A program made the position numbers and the translations under genes. DNA of 64,000 nt from Candidatus Bathyarchaeota archaeon (GTDB lineage: Archaea; Thermoproteota; Bathyarchaeia; Bathyarchaeales; Bathycorpusculaceae): contig OY969706.1 in assembly GCA_963702095.1 (NCBI GenBank), positions 1,088,001 through 1,152,000 on the forward strand, written 5' to 3'. Of this stretch, positions 29,166 through 39,758 are shown one piece after another. Each line of letters begins with the position of its first letter. The first letter of the stretch is position 1. Below the pieces are notes generated by a model. That model was given only the letters and a program-made list of their open reading frames with translations, made no database searches and was not told where the DNA came from.

Positions 29166-29691
29166 TGTTTTTGTCTCTGGGTGTGGCAATCCACAGGGCA
29201 CCACAAGATTGCAGTTGGGCACGGTTGCTTTTTGGGATTGCAACGTTTTTTGGCGTCTGTTTCGGTGGGGGATATGCGTTTTCTTCCACATGCCCTGCAT
29301 GGCTCTATGCAAAGGCGGTCGCGGTGTGGATGTGGAAGCATGTTGAGTCTTCTTAAGAATTCACATGATAGCAATGTATAAGTGCAATGCAGTCGGCGCA
29401 CTGGCATCGCCCATTCAACAACTTCCAAACATCCTTCACTTCCAAACCCCTCACCCAACCGCCGCCTATAAGCAATTTTGGCGCTTAAAAAGCACAATTA
29501 AAAACACCATACAAAACCACAAAAAGGCGGCCACCTGCCTCCCTACTACCTGCATTGCGTAAAACGCACGGTTCCACCTAGTCGCTACCCTCTCTCTATA
29601 GGTTTGTGCATACATCTGATATTTGGATCTTGATATGTTGGCGCAGAACGCAACAGACGTGCGGTTAACGTGGAATCAATGCATAGCCCAG
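29166..29691. repeat. Mosaic of three dispersed non-coding repeat modules: C ~29166-29265, A ~29388-29484, B ~29556-29691
   Basis: A and B match 57140-57236 and 56991-57125; C matches the reverse complement of 54815-54919. Confidence 0.8.
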
Positions 29692-29787
29692 GGTTGGCGG
29701 TATTTCTGTTTGTTGTGTTTGGGCTATGTTAGTGCTTTTCTGCTAGGCGTTTCGCTTGTTTAAGACCTTTGATGGCCCAGGTGTTCT

Positions 29788-30732
29788 TTATGAGGGTAAG
29801 CGGGCGGCTACTGCGCCGATTATCAGCCGCTCTGAGAACCCTGAAACAAACGCCAACGCAAAAATCAAGTAGATACTGACCGTTAGGTCGGCTACTTGCA
29901 CTAATCCTGCGATAACAAAGATTGCGATTATGATGGCTGCTGCGAAGCCTATGATGGGTTTGGCGATGGTCATCCATTTGTTGAGTAACCGTTCTGGGGT
30001 GTCGCTTTTTAATGCAAAAGCCTGCTGTAAACCCAGCAAGCCGCTGATGGCTCCGCCTGAGCCTCCGAGTAAACCTATGGTGAACCAGAACAGCCAGTTC
30101 TCCGTGGGCACTGCTCCGGCGCTGGGGACTAGCGTAAGAGTGATGATAGATGCTACACTTAATGCTAACGCTATCACGGTTAAGGTTGCGAGCTGTTGCA
30201 TTGTCAACTCCAGATAGATGTATTTGTTGTTGTAGTAGTTCTGCACGATTCTTCTGCATTCAATTACGTTGTCCAGTTTTATGGGTGAACTGAGTTTCCA
30301 GCCGCCGTTTCCCGAATCCTGCCCTATTAACCTGCGGATATTCTGTTTGGCACCCTCATTTAGCATGGAGGTGTCTTCATAGAGAAGTTTCCCCGCTTTC
30401 GCATCAACCTCAGCGGGATCCATCAATCGATAAGTAACAAGCTCAGCGTTATAGTATAATGCCCAAGCGTTTTGAGCTCTGCCCTCTTTGAGTTCAGCTC
30501 GGGATTTGTTGACATACAAAAGCGCTTTTTGCGCAACTGAAACATTGGCGGGTACAGGCGGGTTTTTGATGTATTGATCTAAAAACTCTTCCATCGGCGC
30601 AAGTTCTAGTTCGAGTTGTTTTTGGGAAGTAGATTTGAGCCAGTTCCAATCGGGCAGCTTCAAGTTAACCCTTCTGTTTGCCAGATTCTCTAGTGAAGAG
30701 TTGTAGTTTACAAACCTTTCCACGTTTGTCAT
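29788..30732 (-). CDS. Membrane protein with a C-terminal four-TM domain
   Basis: GLLGGSGGAISGL, KPIIG, AFVSGFSERLI motifs. Confidence 0.7.
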   Translation of the reverse strand: MTNVERFVNYNSSLENLANRRVNLKLPDWNWLKSTSQKQLELELAPMEEFLDQYIKNPPVPANVSVAQKALLYVNKSRAELKEGRAQNAWALYYNAELVTYRLMDPAEVDAKAGKLLYEDTSMLNEGAKQNIRRLIGQDSGNGGWKLSSPIKLDNVIECRRIVQNYYNNKYIYLELTMQQLATLTVIALALSVASIITLTLVPSAGAVPTENWLFWFTIGLLGGSGGAISGLLGLQQAFALKSDTPERLLNKWMTIAKPIIGFAAAIIIAIFVIAGLVQVADLTVSIYLIFALAFVSGFSERLIIGAVAARLPS

Positions 30733-30748
30733 ACAACGGATTTAGCGT

Positions 30749-31555
30749 TTGAGAGTAAAACACAAAAAGAACTATCGCCCCAATACACTTATGACGACTA
30801 AGAAACATACATGTCTATGGCTTGACGAATTAAGCACCCAAGAAGCCGCTCAAGCCGCAAAAGACGGCAAAGTCATAATCTTTCCCTTAGGCAGCGTTGA
30901 AGAACACGGCGACCACTTGCCCCTGTGCACAGACAGCATCCAACCCGAATACATCGCACTCGAAGTCGCCAAGAAAACCGGATGTTTGGTTGCGCCACCG
31001 CTCCGCTATGGCATCTGCAACGCCACCCGCAACTTTCCAGGAACCCTCACCATACAGTTTGATACTCTCTACCGATTGGCGCATGACGTCCTAAGTGAGC
31101 TTGTTCGGAACGGCTTCAAAAAAATAATCGTTATGAGCGGTCACGCTGGCAACTCGCATATGGTTGCGCTGCGGTTGGCGGCACAGGACATAGTGGTGGC
31201 CAACGACGCCAAAGGCGACGAGGTCAGGATTTTGGTGCTCTCGGACTTTGATTTTGCGGTGGAGTTAACGCCTCAGTATGCTGCGGTGAAGGATGGCCAC
31301 GCTGGCACCTTGGAGACTTCACGGGTGATGGCGATTAAGCCTGAACTAATCAAAGGCAAAGGCACCGCGGCAGTGTGGAATATGCCCCGTTTCGAGGTGG
31401 TTGCGCATCCGGAGCTGGGTTTTCCAAGCGGAGTCAACGGAGACCCAACCGAAGCCTCTGCTGAGAAAGGAGAAAAAATCAACCGATACATTATTGAAAA
31501 AGTTGTGGGGTTGATTCAATCCTTAAACAGTGGATCAAAAAATTCGGTGTTTTGA
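30749..31555 (+). CDS. Creatininase/creatinine amidohydrolase family protein (start probably 30791)
   Basis: PLGSVEEHGDHLPLCTD, SGHAGN, GHAGTLETS. Confidence 0.92.
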   Translation: MRVKHKKNYRPNTLMTTKKHTCLWLDELSTQEAAQAAKDGKVIIFPLGSVEEHGDHLPLCTDSIQPEYIALEVAKKTGCLVAPPLRYGICNATRNFPGTLTIQFDTLYRLAHDVLSELVRNGFKKIIVMSGHAGNSHMVALRLAAQDIVVANDAKGDEVRILVLSDFDFAVELTPQYAAVKDGHAGTLETSRVMAIKPELIKGKGTAAVWNMPRFEVVAHPELGFPSGVNGDPTEASAEKGEKINRYIIEKVVGLIQSLNSGSKNSVF

Positions 31556-31580
31556 CTATTGAGGTTAAAGGGCTCTTCGG

Positions 31581-31718
31581 GTCTGCTTGAGGTTTGCTCC
31601 ACAACCAGCCGGCAACCCAAAACCGTTGCAGAACAAAAAACACAGCCGCCCACCAAAGCCACAGGAAGAAGAAGAGTAAGGGCGCCTATGCCTTCATCTA
31701 ACACTAGAAAAAACAAAA
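31581..31718 (+). repeat. Dispersed repeat D, copy 1 (138 bp)
   Basis: Identical to the reverse complement of 40037..40174. Confidence 0.92.
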
Positions 31719-31760
31719 TACCCCACATAATCCATTGGCTAAAAAACGAACAGAGGGATT

Positions 31761-32237
31761 CTACGCGGGTGCCGGCATTTCTGAAGTTTCAGGCGTCGCC
31801 ACCCCTGCCTCGCGGAACAGCCGCCGAATCGCCCCAGGCATATTAGCCGCAACCTTACACAACTCGCCGCCGCCCATGCGCCTGTTAAGGATGCCTACCA
31901 CAGTTACAAACGCGTCTTCAGTGTTTATTATGTCACGCATCGAAGCATCATAGTTTATCTGTATGTACTCAAGGAAGCTTTCGAGGTCGCGGATACGCAG
32001 TGGCTTGTCTTTTAAGCTGTAGCCATCCATCATCATGCCCTTGAAGATAAGCGGCAAGTTCGCGGAGAAATGCACGACTTCTTCGATGGGCAATCGGTCG
32101 CGGATGCTCTGCAACACGGCTTTGGTGGCTTGGTAGGTTTTGTCGCGGCTCTCCCAACCCAAGACAGCTTGGATTTCATCCATGATTTCAAGGGTGTTGG
32201 ATATGGCTCGGTCAAGCGCCACAATACTTGTTGACAT
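31761..32237 (-). CDS. DUF2267 family protein
   Basis: KAVLQSIRDRLPIEEVVHFSANLP. Confidence 0.85.
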   Translation of the reverse strand: MSTSIVALDRAISNTLEIMDEIQAVLGWESRDKTYQATKAVLQSIRDRLPIEEVVHFSANLPLIFKGMMMDGYSLKDKPLRIRDLESFLEYIQINYDASMRDIINTEDAFVTVVGILNRRMGGGELCKVAANMPGAIRRLFREAGVATPETSEMPAPA

Positions 32238-32300
32238 AAAATTCCCATCCCATGCTGGGAGGTGGGCGGGGTTTAAAGGTTTGTTGGCGTTGCAAAGAAG

Positions 32301-33239
32301 TTACATTTTTGCAATGTGCCTCTTCATAGGAGCACTACCGCCAACAAGGAAACTGCTACAAGCAAAGGCAGAGCGAGGGCAAAAAATTCTGGAGTGATTG
32401 GAGATGAGGTAGATTCTGGCACAATCGAGAAACAAACGATACTTCTTTGTCCTAAGAACCAATCCTGAAGCAAACATAGCTGTAATTAGCAATACAATAG
32501 CTAATACTGATGGGAACTCAGGCAACTGTCTGTTAAATGAAAACGCTACAACAAGATCACCTAACAGGGGTTTGCCAAACTCAGAAAATTGTTCAATAGA
32601 TATTATCTGGCTGGAATTAGTCTTCGTTAAATTGTAAATTGCCGGGTTCCATTTTGTGTCTGTCTCTGTGTTATATACTCGCAAGTCTGTGAAATTAGTG
32701 CTCATCTGTATGTTGAAATAAGCTGTTGTGTTAGGGCTTTGTTCAGATAGGTAAGGGCTTACGTTGAGGTCATATAGGAAAATATACGAACCATTGACTT
32801 CTTGAAGTGGATGCTCGTAATGAATTCTTAGCTCAAAATTGTTTGATGCAGTTCTTATGTTGCTGGAAATCATTCCCCAGTCACCAAATGCGGTGTGGTG
32901 TAACTCCCAAGGATAATATTCAGCAAGATTACTCCAATTAATTTGCTCATCATTCAAACTGACGCTTATGTTAGTGGTGTTTGGGGGCACAGGGTACACT
33001 ATTGGCAAATCACCAGTGAAATTTCCCTGAAGATAGATTGGGTAATATCCATCAATAATGGCCCATAAGGTGCCATTTAGTTCTGTTATTGTATAGTTAA
33101 CGTATTCTTCTGGCATGGAGAGATTAGGTATATAGCCCTCTGAGTTAGCAGTTGTTGGTTTTATAAATATTGGACTTAGGGTTGAGATGGCTACAATTAG
33201 AATCAGAACTAAAGCCAAACCTTTACCTAAGCTACCCAT
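32301..33239 (-). CDS. Secreted surface protein with a PEF-CTERM-like anchor
   Basis: Signal peptide; C-terminal LPEFP + TM helix + RTKK. Confidence 0.75.
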   Translation of the reverse strand: MGSLGKGLALVLILIVAISTLSPIFIKPTTANSEGYIPNLSMPEEYVNYTITELNGTLWAIIDGYYPIYLQGNFTGDLPIVYPVPPNTTNISVSLNDEQINWSNLAEYYPWELHHTAFGDWGMISSNIRTASNNFELRIHYEHPLQEVNGSYIFLYDLNVSPYLSEQSPNTTAYFNIQMSTNFTDLRVYNTETDTKWNPAIYNLTKTNSSQIISIEQFSEFGKPLLGDLVVAFSFNRQLPEFPSVLAIVLLITAMFASGLVLRTKKYRLFLDCARIYLISNHSRIFCPRSAFACSSFLVGGSAPMKRHIAKM

Positions 33240-33323
33240 ACTTTCTATTGGCCATTGTTTGGATAAAAGGTTTACAGTAAACTGTATTTGACTAAGTTAA
33301 GAAGTTTCTTGACCCTATGTCTG

Positions 33324-35074
33324 CTACTGGGAGACTCTCCGATGCCTCCTGTAGAGCACTAAAGAAATCGCGAGGATTACAACCACAATGGCAGCAACGA
33401 CAAGTGTCATGGCAAAATATGGCGTGGTTACATATGTTCCTCCTTGCTTATCCGTCTGGTCTACTGAGAAAGTTATTTGCTGAGACAGGGCATTTCCATA
33501 GTTATCATTAGTAAAGATAGTCAACGTGTGGTTACCCGCCGCCAAATCGCTAAGGGTAGTATTTCCTGTGAAAGTTACCTCGCCTTTGTCATCTAAACGG
33601 TAGGTAATAGAGTACGGTTCAATAACTGTCAAGTTCAACGGTAAACTGGTACCTGCTACCGCGGCGTTTTGGGGCGAATTTATGCTTAGAATCTGTGAAC
33701 CCCATGGATACATTAACGGAGAGGAATCAAAATGCGTGTTATAATCAAACGGGATGTGGGTTCCCATGTAGGTTTTCCCAATTTTGTAATCCTGAATAGT
33801 GTAAGCTGAGTCCCCGATACCGTCCTTGTTTAAGTCAGAGCCATTGTAATTGCTCCAATAATTTGAGTTGCAACTTTTGACGCTTCCGTCGTCAATGGTT
33901 GCTTGCCCTAAAATGATGTCTTGAACCATAGCTTCGGGGGCTTGGGTTTGATTAATTCGGGCTCTGCCGTTAAGTACAAAATTGTTTTTCATGAAGATAT
34001 TATCTGAACCGCACTGAACATCTAGACCACCTTGACCATTTCCAACCAAGCTATTTTCTGAAACTGAAACGCCGGCACAGTCAAAAAGCTCGATTCCATT
34101 TTCCTCGTTATTCATAATATTGTTTCGATAAATTTCATTATAATCAGCTTCATACAACATTACGCCGTTCAGTGCGTTTTCCATTATTATGTTGTCGCTA
34201 ATCTGATTGTAATAACATGGGATGCCTGGATAGCTTCTAAGGACCAAACCACACGAATTGTTTGTTAGTTGGTTCTCGATTACCTGAGAGTAGACGGTTT
34301 GGTCTAGAAGTATGCCTGGTTCATTATTGCTTATCTTTAGTCCTTTCACCGTTATGTTGCTGCAATCCACTAAACCCACGAACCCAGCGTTTGACGGAAC
34401 CACTTTGTCATGTTCGTTTACCCAGTAAATAATGGGTTTGCCATCAACAAGGTTCGACGGGTCAATGCTGTTTACAAAACTGTTAGTGAGCTCCCAACTG
34501 AAACGCAAGTTGTACATGTTATTGCTTAAACGATTGCTCATAAGAGTATGGCGGAAGAGGTTGAGAACGAAATACCGTATGTTCCGTTTTGTATTGTGTT
34601 GTTATCAATGGTGTTACTGTATGTGAACAATCCGAGCGAAATACCTATTCTGTTATCAACGAGAGTATTGCCGCTAACTATATTGTTATGGAATGACGCT
34701 TGCTCCACCGTGCTATTCCACGTTAATTCGATCGCACGAGAAAAATTTTGGACATCAAAATTCTTCACTGTAACGTAGCACACCCCTTGCAGAAAAACAC
34801 TGGTAGAGGTACCATCTCCAGTTAGTGTATGGTTGGCGCCCTCAAGGATTATATTGTTACGCTGAACCACTATAGTTTGCTGCAAATCGTCAAGCAAGGT
34901 ATAATCCTACCCGTGCCTCTTGATTTTATCCGTCCCAACCACGCTGCCATCGCTTGTTATTTGAATACCTGTGGGAGTGGGCGGTGGAAAAAAGTTGCCG
35001 TAAACGGGACCGGCAAGGAAAGTTTCTGTAATCAGGCAAGTTATTAACAGAAGTGAAGGAACGGTTTTTCTCAT
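33324..35074 (-). pseudogene. NosD-like parallel beta-helix surface protein, interrupted by an in-frame TAG (34907-34909) and a frameshift (~34548)
   Basis: ATG at 35074 encodes a signal peptide and IQITSDGSVVGTDKI in frame with 34897; NN-GI repeats, NYWSNYNGSDLNKDGIGD, C-terminal TM. Confidence 0.75.
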
Positions 35075-35194
35075 ATGCCAATATCGGAAGCGATTGAAAT
35101 ATAAGCGTTCTCATCAAGGCTTCTTGACCAAGCTAGTCAAACTTTGACAGCCAAAGGACTAGAGGGTAGGGTACACCTAGCTGTTTGAAAAAGT

Positions 35195-36139
35195 CTAATT
35201 TCTCAAATTACTGGTTTTTCTATGCCTTCTGTAAACAGCTATTCCCAATGCCGCAATCACCACAGACAAGACTGCGGTAACAGCTACAAAAATCAAAATA
35301 GGAAAAGGCTCTGCAACATTGAAAGTAACGGTGTCTGAGGCGCCGACGTTTCCAGTAACATCCCAAGCATAAACAGTAATGTTGTGTTTGCCAGCAGGCA
35401 AGTCTGTAAGAGCAGTGTGGGTAGTGTTTCCAGCAAGCGTCATATTATCCTGATTATCTAAATTGTATGCGATTCGGGAAGAAGGTTGGTTTACGACTAA
35501 ATCTAAGATAACGCCTGACGAATAGAATGGTGCATTTTCCACTGAGAGTGTAATTGTGGGCGGTAGCGACATGTCAAAAGATACCATCTCAGAAGAGCCC
35601 GAAAATGAAATATTCGTTTCCCCGTAAGAGTCTGGGCTATCAAGATATTTTTCAGGATCACGGTAAAAGAGAGTTGCACAATTTACGGTAACTGTTATGT
35701 TATGTTTTCCCTCAGCCAAAGTCAGATTTACTGAATAACTGGTTGAGGCTGCAGGCTTATCTCGAAAGTGCATGAAAGTGCGCACACCAAAGTTGTCTTC
35801 AAGCGGAACTTCTTGACTTTCAATCCCATCCAATGCATAGCGATATGAGACTAACTTGCCAATAGCCATCATCGTGTTAGGATTGTAGCTGAACATTGAG
35901 TAGGTAAACCATGTGTCTGGTTTGGTAACGGTAAAGTTTAGCACAGTTGCAGTTGAATTAACAGTCTGGTTTTGAAGCGGTGATTGTATAGTAACTATTG
36001 GCGGGGTTGTTACTGGTTCAGTTGGATACCACGTTAGATACAGAGGATTAGCTTTTGTTAAACCAACGAGAGTGGGATTAGCTAATGAGAGCAATAACAC
36101 CGCTAACAGAATTAGGAGGATGCCCTTTTTCTTGTGCAC
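35195..36139 (-). CDS. Secreted Ig-like-domain surface protein with a C-terminal TM anchor
   Basis: Signal peptide; two GKHNITV repeats; AEPFP-TM-RRHRK. Confidence 0.8.
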   Translation of the reverse strand: MHKKKGILLILLAVLLLSLANPTLVGLTKANPLYLTWYPTEPVTTPPIVTIQSPLQNQTVNSTATVLNFTVTKPDTWFTYSMFSYNPNTMMAIGKLVSYRYALDGIESQEVPLEDNFGVRTFMHFRDKPAASTSYSVNLTLAEGKHNITVTVNCATLFYRDPEKYLDSPDSYGETNISFSGSSEMVSFDMSLPPTITLSVENAPFYSSGVILDLVVNQPSSRIAYNLDNQDNMTLAGNTTHTALTDLPAGKHNITVYAWDVTGNVGASDTVTFNVAEPFPILIFVAVTAVLSVVIAALGIAVYRRHRKTSNLRN

Positions 36140-36172
36140 GATCGCTATCGCCAGTTTGTGTTTTTGTATAGA

Positions 36173-36916
36173 CTAGCATAAGAGCTTTTTCGTTAAAGTT
36201 TTTTGACTAAGTGCGATTTTTTGATACCTAACTATCACAGCAATTAATAAGACGCTAAAAAGCAAAGGCACGACTGCCAACCAAGATAACTCTGGAGCGG
36301 TCGGAGATGGAGAAGGCGTGGCTTGGTCGTAGCTTATTGTTTGGGTGTTGCTCCACTCCCCTGCTGTGCCCTCAAAGTAGAAATCGTAGGTGGCGCCGCC
36401 AGGCAAAGCAATAGCGTGCCCGTAGGGTACAGCACGGTAGCCGCCGTACAAGCCTTGAACTTTAACGTCCATTGCTCCCTGCGTGATTTTGGGCAAAAAA
36501 GTCAACGCTATCACGGTTGAGGTGCCGTTTGAGGCGTGGCAGGGGACGTTGTAGCTATCATACTGGTTGTAGGCGCCTGTGGATTGTGGGTCTGATGGGA
36601 AATAATTCCAGTGGGTTTCGTAGTGTCCTTTGTAGGCAAAGTTATAGTATGATGCACCGTTGTTGGTGATTGTTGCCTCGACAGTTTCGTTTTCAACGCG
36701 GTAGCCAGGTATAGTGGTGGTTGTTGTGTTGCCAGTGTAGGGGTCGGTTGAGGTTATTGTGGCTGGTGCCACATTGTAAGAGTTATCCGCAACTGTTAAC
36801 TTGAATTCTGGGGCTGACTGTGCAGATGATTGGGCAAAGGTTGATTGAATGAGGAGCAGGCTTGAAGCTGCCAGGGCGACTGAGAGAAGCAAGGCTAAAC
36901 TCTTTGAGCGTTCCAT
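36173..36916 (-). CDS. Secreted surface protein with a PEL-CTERM-like anchor
   Basis: Signal peptide; PTAPELSWLAVVPLL-TM-RYQK. Confidence 0.8.
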   Translation of the reverse strand: MERSKSLALLLSVALAASSLLLIQSTFAQSSAQSAPEFKLTVADNSYNVAPATITSTDPYTGNTTTTTIPGYRVENETVEATITNNGASYYNFAYKGHYETHWNYFPSDPQSTGAYNQYDSYNVPCHASNGTSTVIALTFLPKITQGAMDVKVQGLYGGYRAVPYGHAIALPGGATYDFYFEGTAGEWSNTQTISYDQATPSPSPTAPELSWLAVVPLLFSVLLIAVIVRYQKIALSQKTLTKKLLC

Positions 36917-36965
36917 GCTTCCAGTTGGGCATAGTTTTTGATAAAAAGTTTCCTGTATAGCTTTG

Positions 36966-36994
36966 TTGACTAAGCCTTGTCAAGGTTTCTTGAC
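36966..36994. promoter_or_regulatory. Palindromic GTCAA-N6-TTGAC site plus TTGACTAAG, upstream of the minus-strand TATA
   Basis: Related sites at 36192-36211, 35113-35148 and 33288-33313, each upstream of a surface-protein gene. Confidence 0.55.
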
Positions 36995-37069
36995 AAACCC
37001 TCGCCGAGTAGAGGATTTTTATACCTATGTACCTCATTGTATTTAGTGGATTTCTAAGAGGATTCAATC

Positions 37070-37744
37070 ATGACTTACTTTTCTGACCGAGTAGAAGCGG
37101 GGAAACGTTTAGCCGCTGAACTCAAAGATTTCAGGGGAGAAAAAGGGATTGTTTTGGCGATTCCCCGCGGCGGAGTCATCGTAGGCTATGAAATTGCGCA
37201 GGCACTCAATCTGCCACTTGACATCATTATTCCCCATAAACTCGGCGCACCCGACAATCCCGAATTAGCCATCGGCGCCATCGCAGAAGACGGCACGGCA
37301 ATTCTTGACCAAAACCTCATTGCCTACATGGGAGTCAGCCGCGAATACATCGCCGAGGAAAGCGAACGGCAAAAAAAAGAGATACAGCGCAGGCTTAACC
37401 TTTACAGGCAAGGCGCGGAGGAACCCAACCTCAAAGGGCAAGACGTCATCGTCGCCGACGACGGCATAGCCACAGGCTCTACCATGAAAGCCGCATTGGC
37501 TTCGCTTAAAAACCGTGGCGCCGCCACCATAACCGTCGCTGTCCCAGTCGGTCCCTCCTCAACCATAGAGGAACTCAAACGCCTTGCCGACCGAGTGATC
37601 TGCCCCTACACGCCCGAGTACTTCCAAGCTATCGGACAATTCTACAGCAACTTCACGCAGACCACTGACGAAGAAGTCATCGAACTCCTAAAAATGAACA
37701 GGCAGAATAAGGTTTCAACTCAGAAGGGGGTGGTTGCATTATGA
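37070..37744 (+). CDS. Phosphoribosyltransferase family protein
   Basis: FSDRVEAG, LAIPRGG, VADDGIATGST. Confidence 0.92.
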   Translation: MTYFSDRVEAGKRLAAELKDFRGEKGIVLAIPRGGVIVGYEIAQALNLPLDIIIPHKLGAPDNPELAIGAIAEDGTAILDQNLIAYMGVSREYIAEESERQKKEIQRRLNLYRQGAEEPNLKGQDVIVADDGIATGSTMKAALASLKNRGAATITVAVPVGPSSTIEELKRLADRVICPYTPEYFQAIGQFYSNFTQTTDEEVIELLKMNRQNKVSTQKGVVAL

Positions 37745-38391
37745 CCAGTATGGAATCAGCCATAAAAATTCCCGTAGGCAACGTCGAAGTTGAGGGCACC
37801 CTGTTTTTGCCTTCAGGCACGGGGGGCGTAGTGGTGTTTGCACATGGCAGCGGCAGCAGCCGTTTTAGCCCACGCAATCAGTATGTCGCCAAAGAATTCA
37901 ACCTGGCAGGCATGGGCACGTTGCTGTTTGATTTACTAACTCCCGGCGAAGAAGAGGAAGACGAGTTGACCGCTGAATACCGCTTCAACATACCGTTGCT
38001 GGCAGCACGGTTAGTTGGCACAACGCAGTGGCTGCGAAATGACCCTTCGACTCGCAATTTGAAGTTAGGCTACTTTGGCGCATCCACTGGTGCGGCTGCG
38101 GCTTTGATTGCGGCGGCGAAACTGCCCGATGAAGTTTCAGCGGTGGTTTCCCGCGGTGGACGACCCGACTTGGCAGGCGAATACTTGGCTGATGTTAGGG
38201 CGCCGACGCTGATGTTGGTCGGCGGATACGATGAAGAAGTCATTGAACTCAACAAGAAAGCCCAAAACCAAATGACTAACGAAAACAAACTCGTCATTGT
38301 CCCTGCTGCAACGCACCTGTTTGAGGAGCCAGGCAAACTCGAAGAAGTCGCCAAATTCTCAACGGAGTGGTTCAAACGCTTCTTAAGCTAA
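37741..38391 (+). CDS. Dienelactone hydrolase-like alpha/beta hydrolase
   Basis: FAHGSGSSRFSPRN, GASTG, HLFEEPG. Confidence 0.9.
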   Translation: MTSMESAIKIPVGNVEVEGTLFLPSGTGGVVVFAHGSGSSRFSPRNQYVAKEFNLAGMGTLLFDLLTPGEEEEDELTAEYRFNIPLLAARLVGTTQWLRNDPSTRNLKLGYFGASTGAAAALIAAAKLPDEVSAVVSRGGRPDLAGEYLADVRAPTLMLVGGYDEEVIELNKKAQNQMTNENKLVIVPAATHLFEEPGKLEEVAKFSTEWFKRFLS

Positions 38392-38392
38392 T

Positions 38393-38821
38393 TTATTCTG
38401 CTTTGGGCTGCTGCATCATCCTAAAGAGGGCATAGTTCTCCGCGATTTCTGCGTCGTAGAGGAAACTAAAAGCTAAAACACTTTCCAAGGGCACGTTCAT
38501 GTAGATTTTTTCTCCGCTAATCCGCAGTGCATTGGGTTGGGCTGTTAAAATTATGTTTAAGACGTCGCCGACAACTAATTCGTCGCCGATTCGGTGACCG
38601 TCTTCAGATGCTTCGTCAAGCGGCACCGCGGTTTTCCATGCGTCCGCTCCAAAATCAATGATTACATAGGCGTGGCCCATCTGTACTATCGAGGACACTG
38701 TGATGGTAGGTATGCATTTTTGGCATTGTCCGACGACTTCGTTGAGTTCGTTTTGTTTGAGTGGGATGACAAGTATTTTGTGTTGAATACTGGATTGGTC
38801 TGTTACCGTAAAAAACTGCAT
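38393..38821 (-). CDS. Hypothetical protein
   Basis: 142-aa ORF filling the intergenic space. Confidence 0.6.
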   Translation of the reverse strand: MQFFTVTDQSSIQHKILVIPLKQNELNEVVGQCQKCIPTITVSSIVQMGHAYVIIDFGADAWKTAVPLDEASEDGHRIGDELVVGDVLNIILTAQPNALRISGEKIYMNVPLESVLAFSFLYDAEIAENYALFRMMQQPKAE

Positions 38822-38901
38822 AAAATCACAGTCTAGGATTCTTTTCTGTGGCTTTAACTTTTTCTGTTAAGCCAAACACAGCACTTTTCGGTGAAAAAGG
38901 A

Positions 38902-39654
38902 TTAGAATCTAATGTTCAAGGACTTTGAGAAGTAGCCAAACGGCATCTTCATGCGGTCGCCGAATACTCGTTTTAAAAGGTCAGTGTAGGCGCTGTTTTC
39001 ATCCATATGATACTTGTATTTTCCAGCGGTGGATTGTATTTCAACCTCGAAGTATTGCCGATTAGTGTTTTCGTTGTCGCCTTTGACTTGGACTTTGATT
39101 TGGCTTATTATATTGTTGCTTAATTCAAAGTTGCCCAGGGTCTCCGCAAGTATAGCCTGCGGATGCATCGTTAGGAATCTATCGGCATAGTTAGAGGCGC
39201 CTTTGATCTGCTGCGCCCACTGCCCAAAGAAGCCTTTGCCCTCTGCTTTAGCCTGCTCTTTGGCCTGCATAGCCGCTGCATTAAGCATCTCGCTTGTTAA
39301 CTGCGCGAAAATCAACCGTTGAGGAGTCAGTACTCCAGCATAAGAGTCGTATCTTCCCAGCGACTTAGGTTGCCTTAGAATTATGACGCCGATGATGGGT
39401 TCACCGCCAGTTTGAGTTGTCTGCGCCGCTGGCTGGGGTGGAGGAGGCACCTGAAAATTCGGGTTTATGTCGGGCGGAGGAGGAGGCGGTGGGTAAGGGG
39501 CTTGTGGCGGCGGGCAGTAGTTGGATTGGAATGAGGGGGTAGCGGGTGAAGTTCGGGTTGACGCGGGCGTTTGGGCGGCACCGCAATTACCACAGAATCT
39601 GGCGTTTGGCTGAATTTGCGACTTGCATTTACCACATTGAGGCATAGGAATCAT
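38902..39654 (-). CDS. Zinc-ribbon protein with a Pro-rich linker and a PH-like C-terminal domain
   Basis: CGKC..FCGNCG; polyproline linker. Confidence 0.75.
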   Translation of the reverse strand: MIPMPQCGKCKSQIQPNARFCGNCGAAQTPASTRTSPATPSFQSNYCPPPQAPYPPPPPPPDINPNFQVPPPPQPAAQTTQTGGEPIIGVIILRQPKSLGRYDSYAGVLTPQRLIFAQLTSEMLNAAAMQAKEQAKAEGKGFFGQWAQQIKGASNYADRFLTMHPQAILAETLGNFELSNNIISQIKVQVKGDNENTNRQYFEVEIQSTAGKYKYHMDENSAYTDLLKRVFGDRMKMPFGYFSKSLNIRF

Positions 39655-39758
39655 TGATGTATTGGTTTTTTAGCTAATAAATTTGGCTGCAAACATGTTT
39701 ATGCTCAGGTTGTGCTGTTGCGTTAACGCGAAATTTATATTATTAGTTTACCATTTTT

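Noticed and set aside
29116-29562. Cluster of short overlapping ORFs
   Set aside because: They overlap non-coding repeat modules and no frame is conserved between copies.
31516-31846. Small ORFs shared with 40005..40304
   Set aside because: They arise from repeat D. Copy 3 has a stop and non-synonymous changes, so coding is unlikely.
34907-34909. Pyrrolysine or amber recoding
   Set aside because: Single case, the gene also has a frameshift, TAG is used as a normal stop elsewhere, and no pyl genes are in the window.
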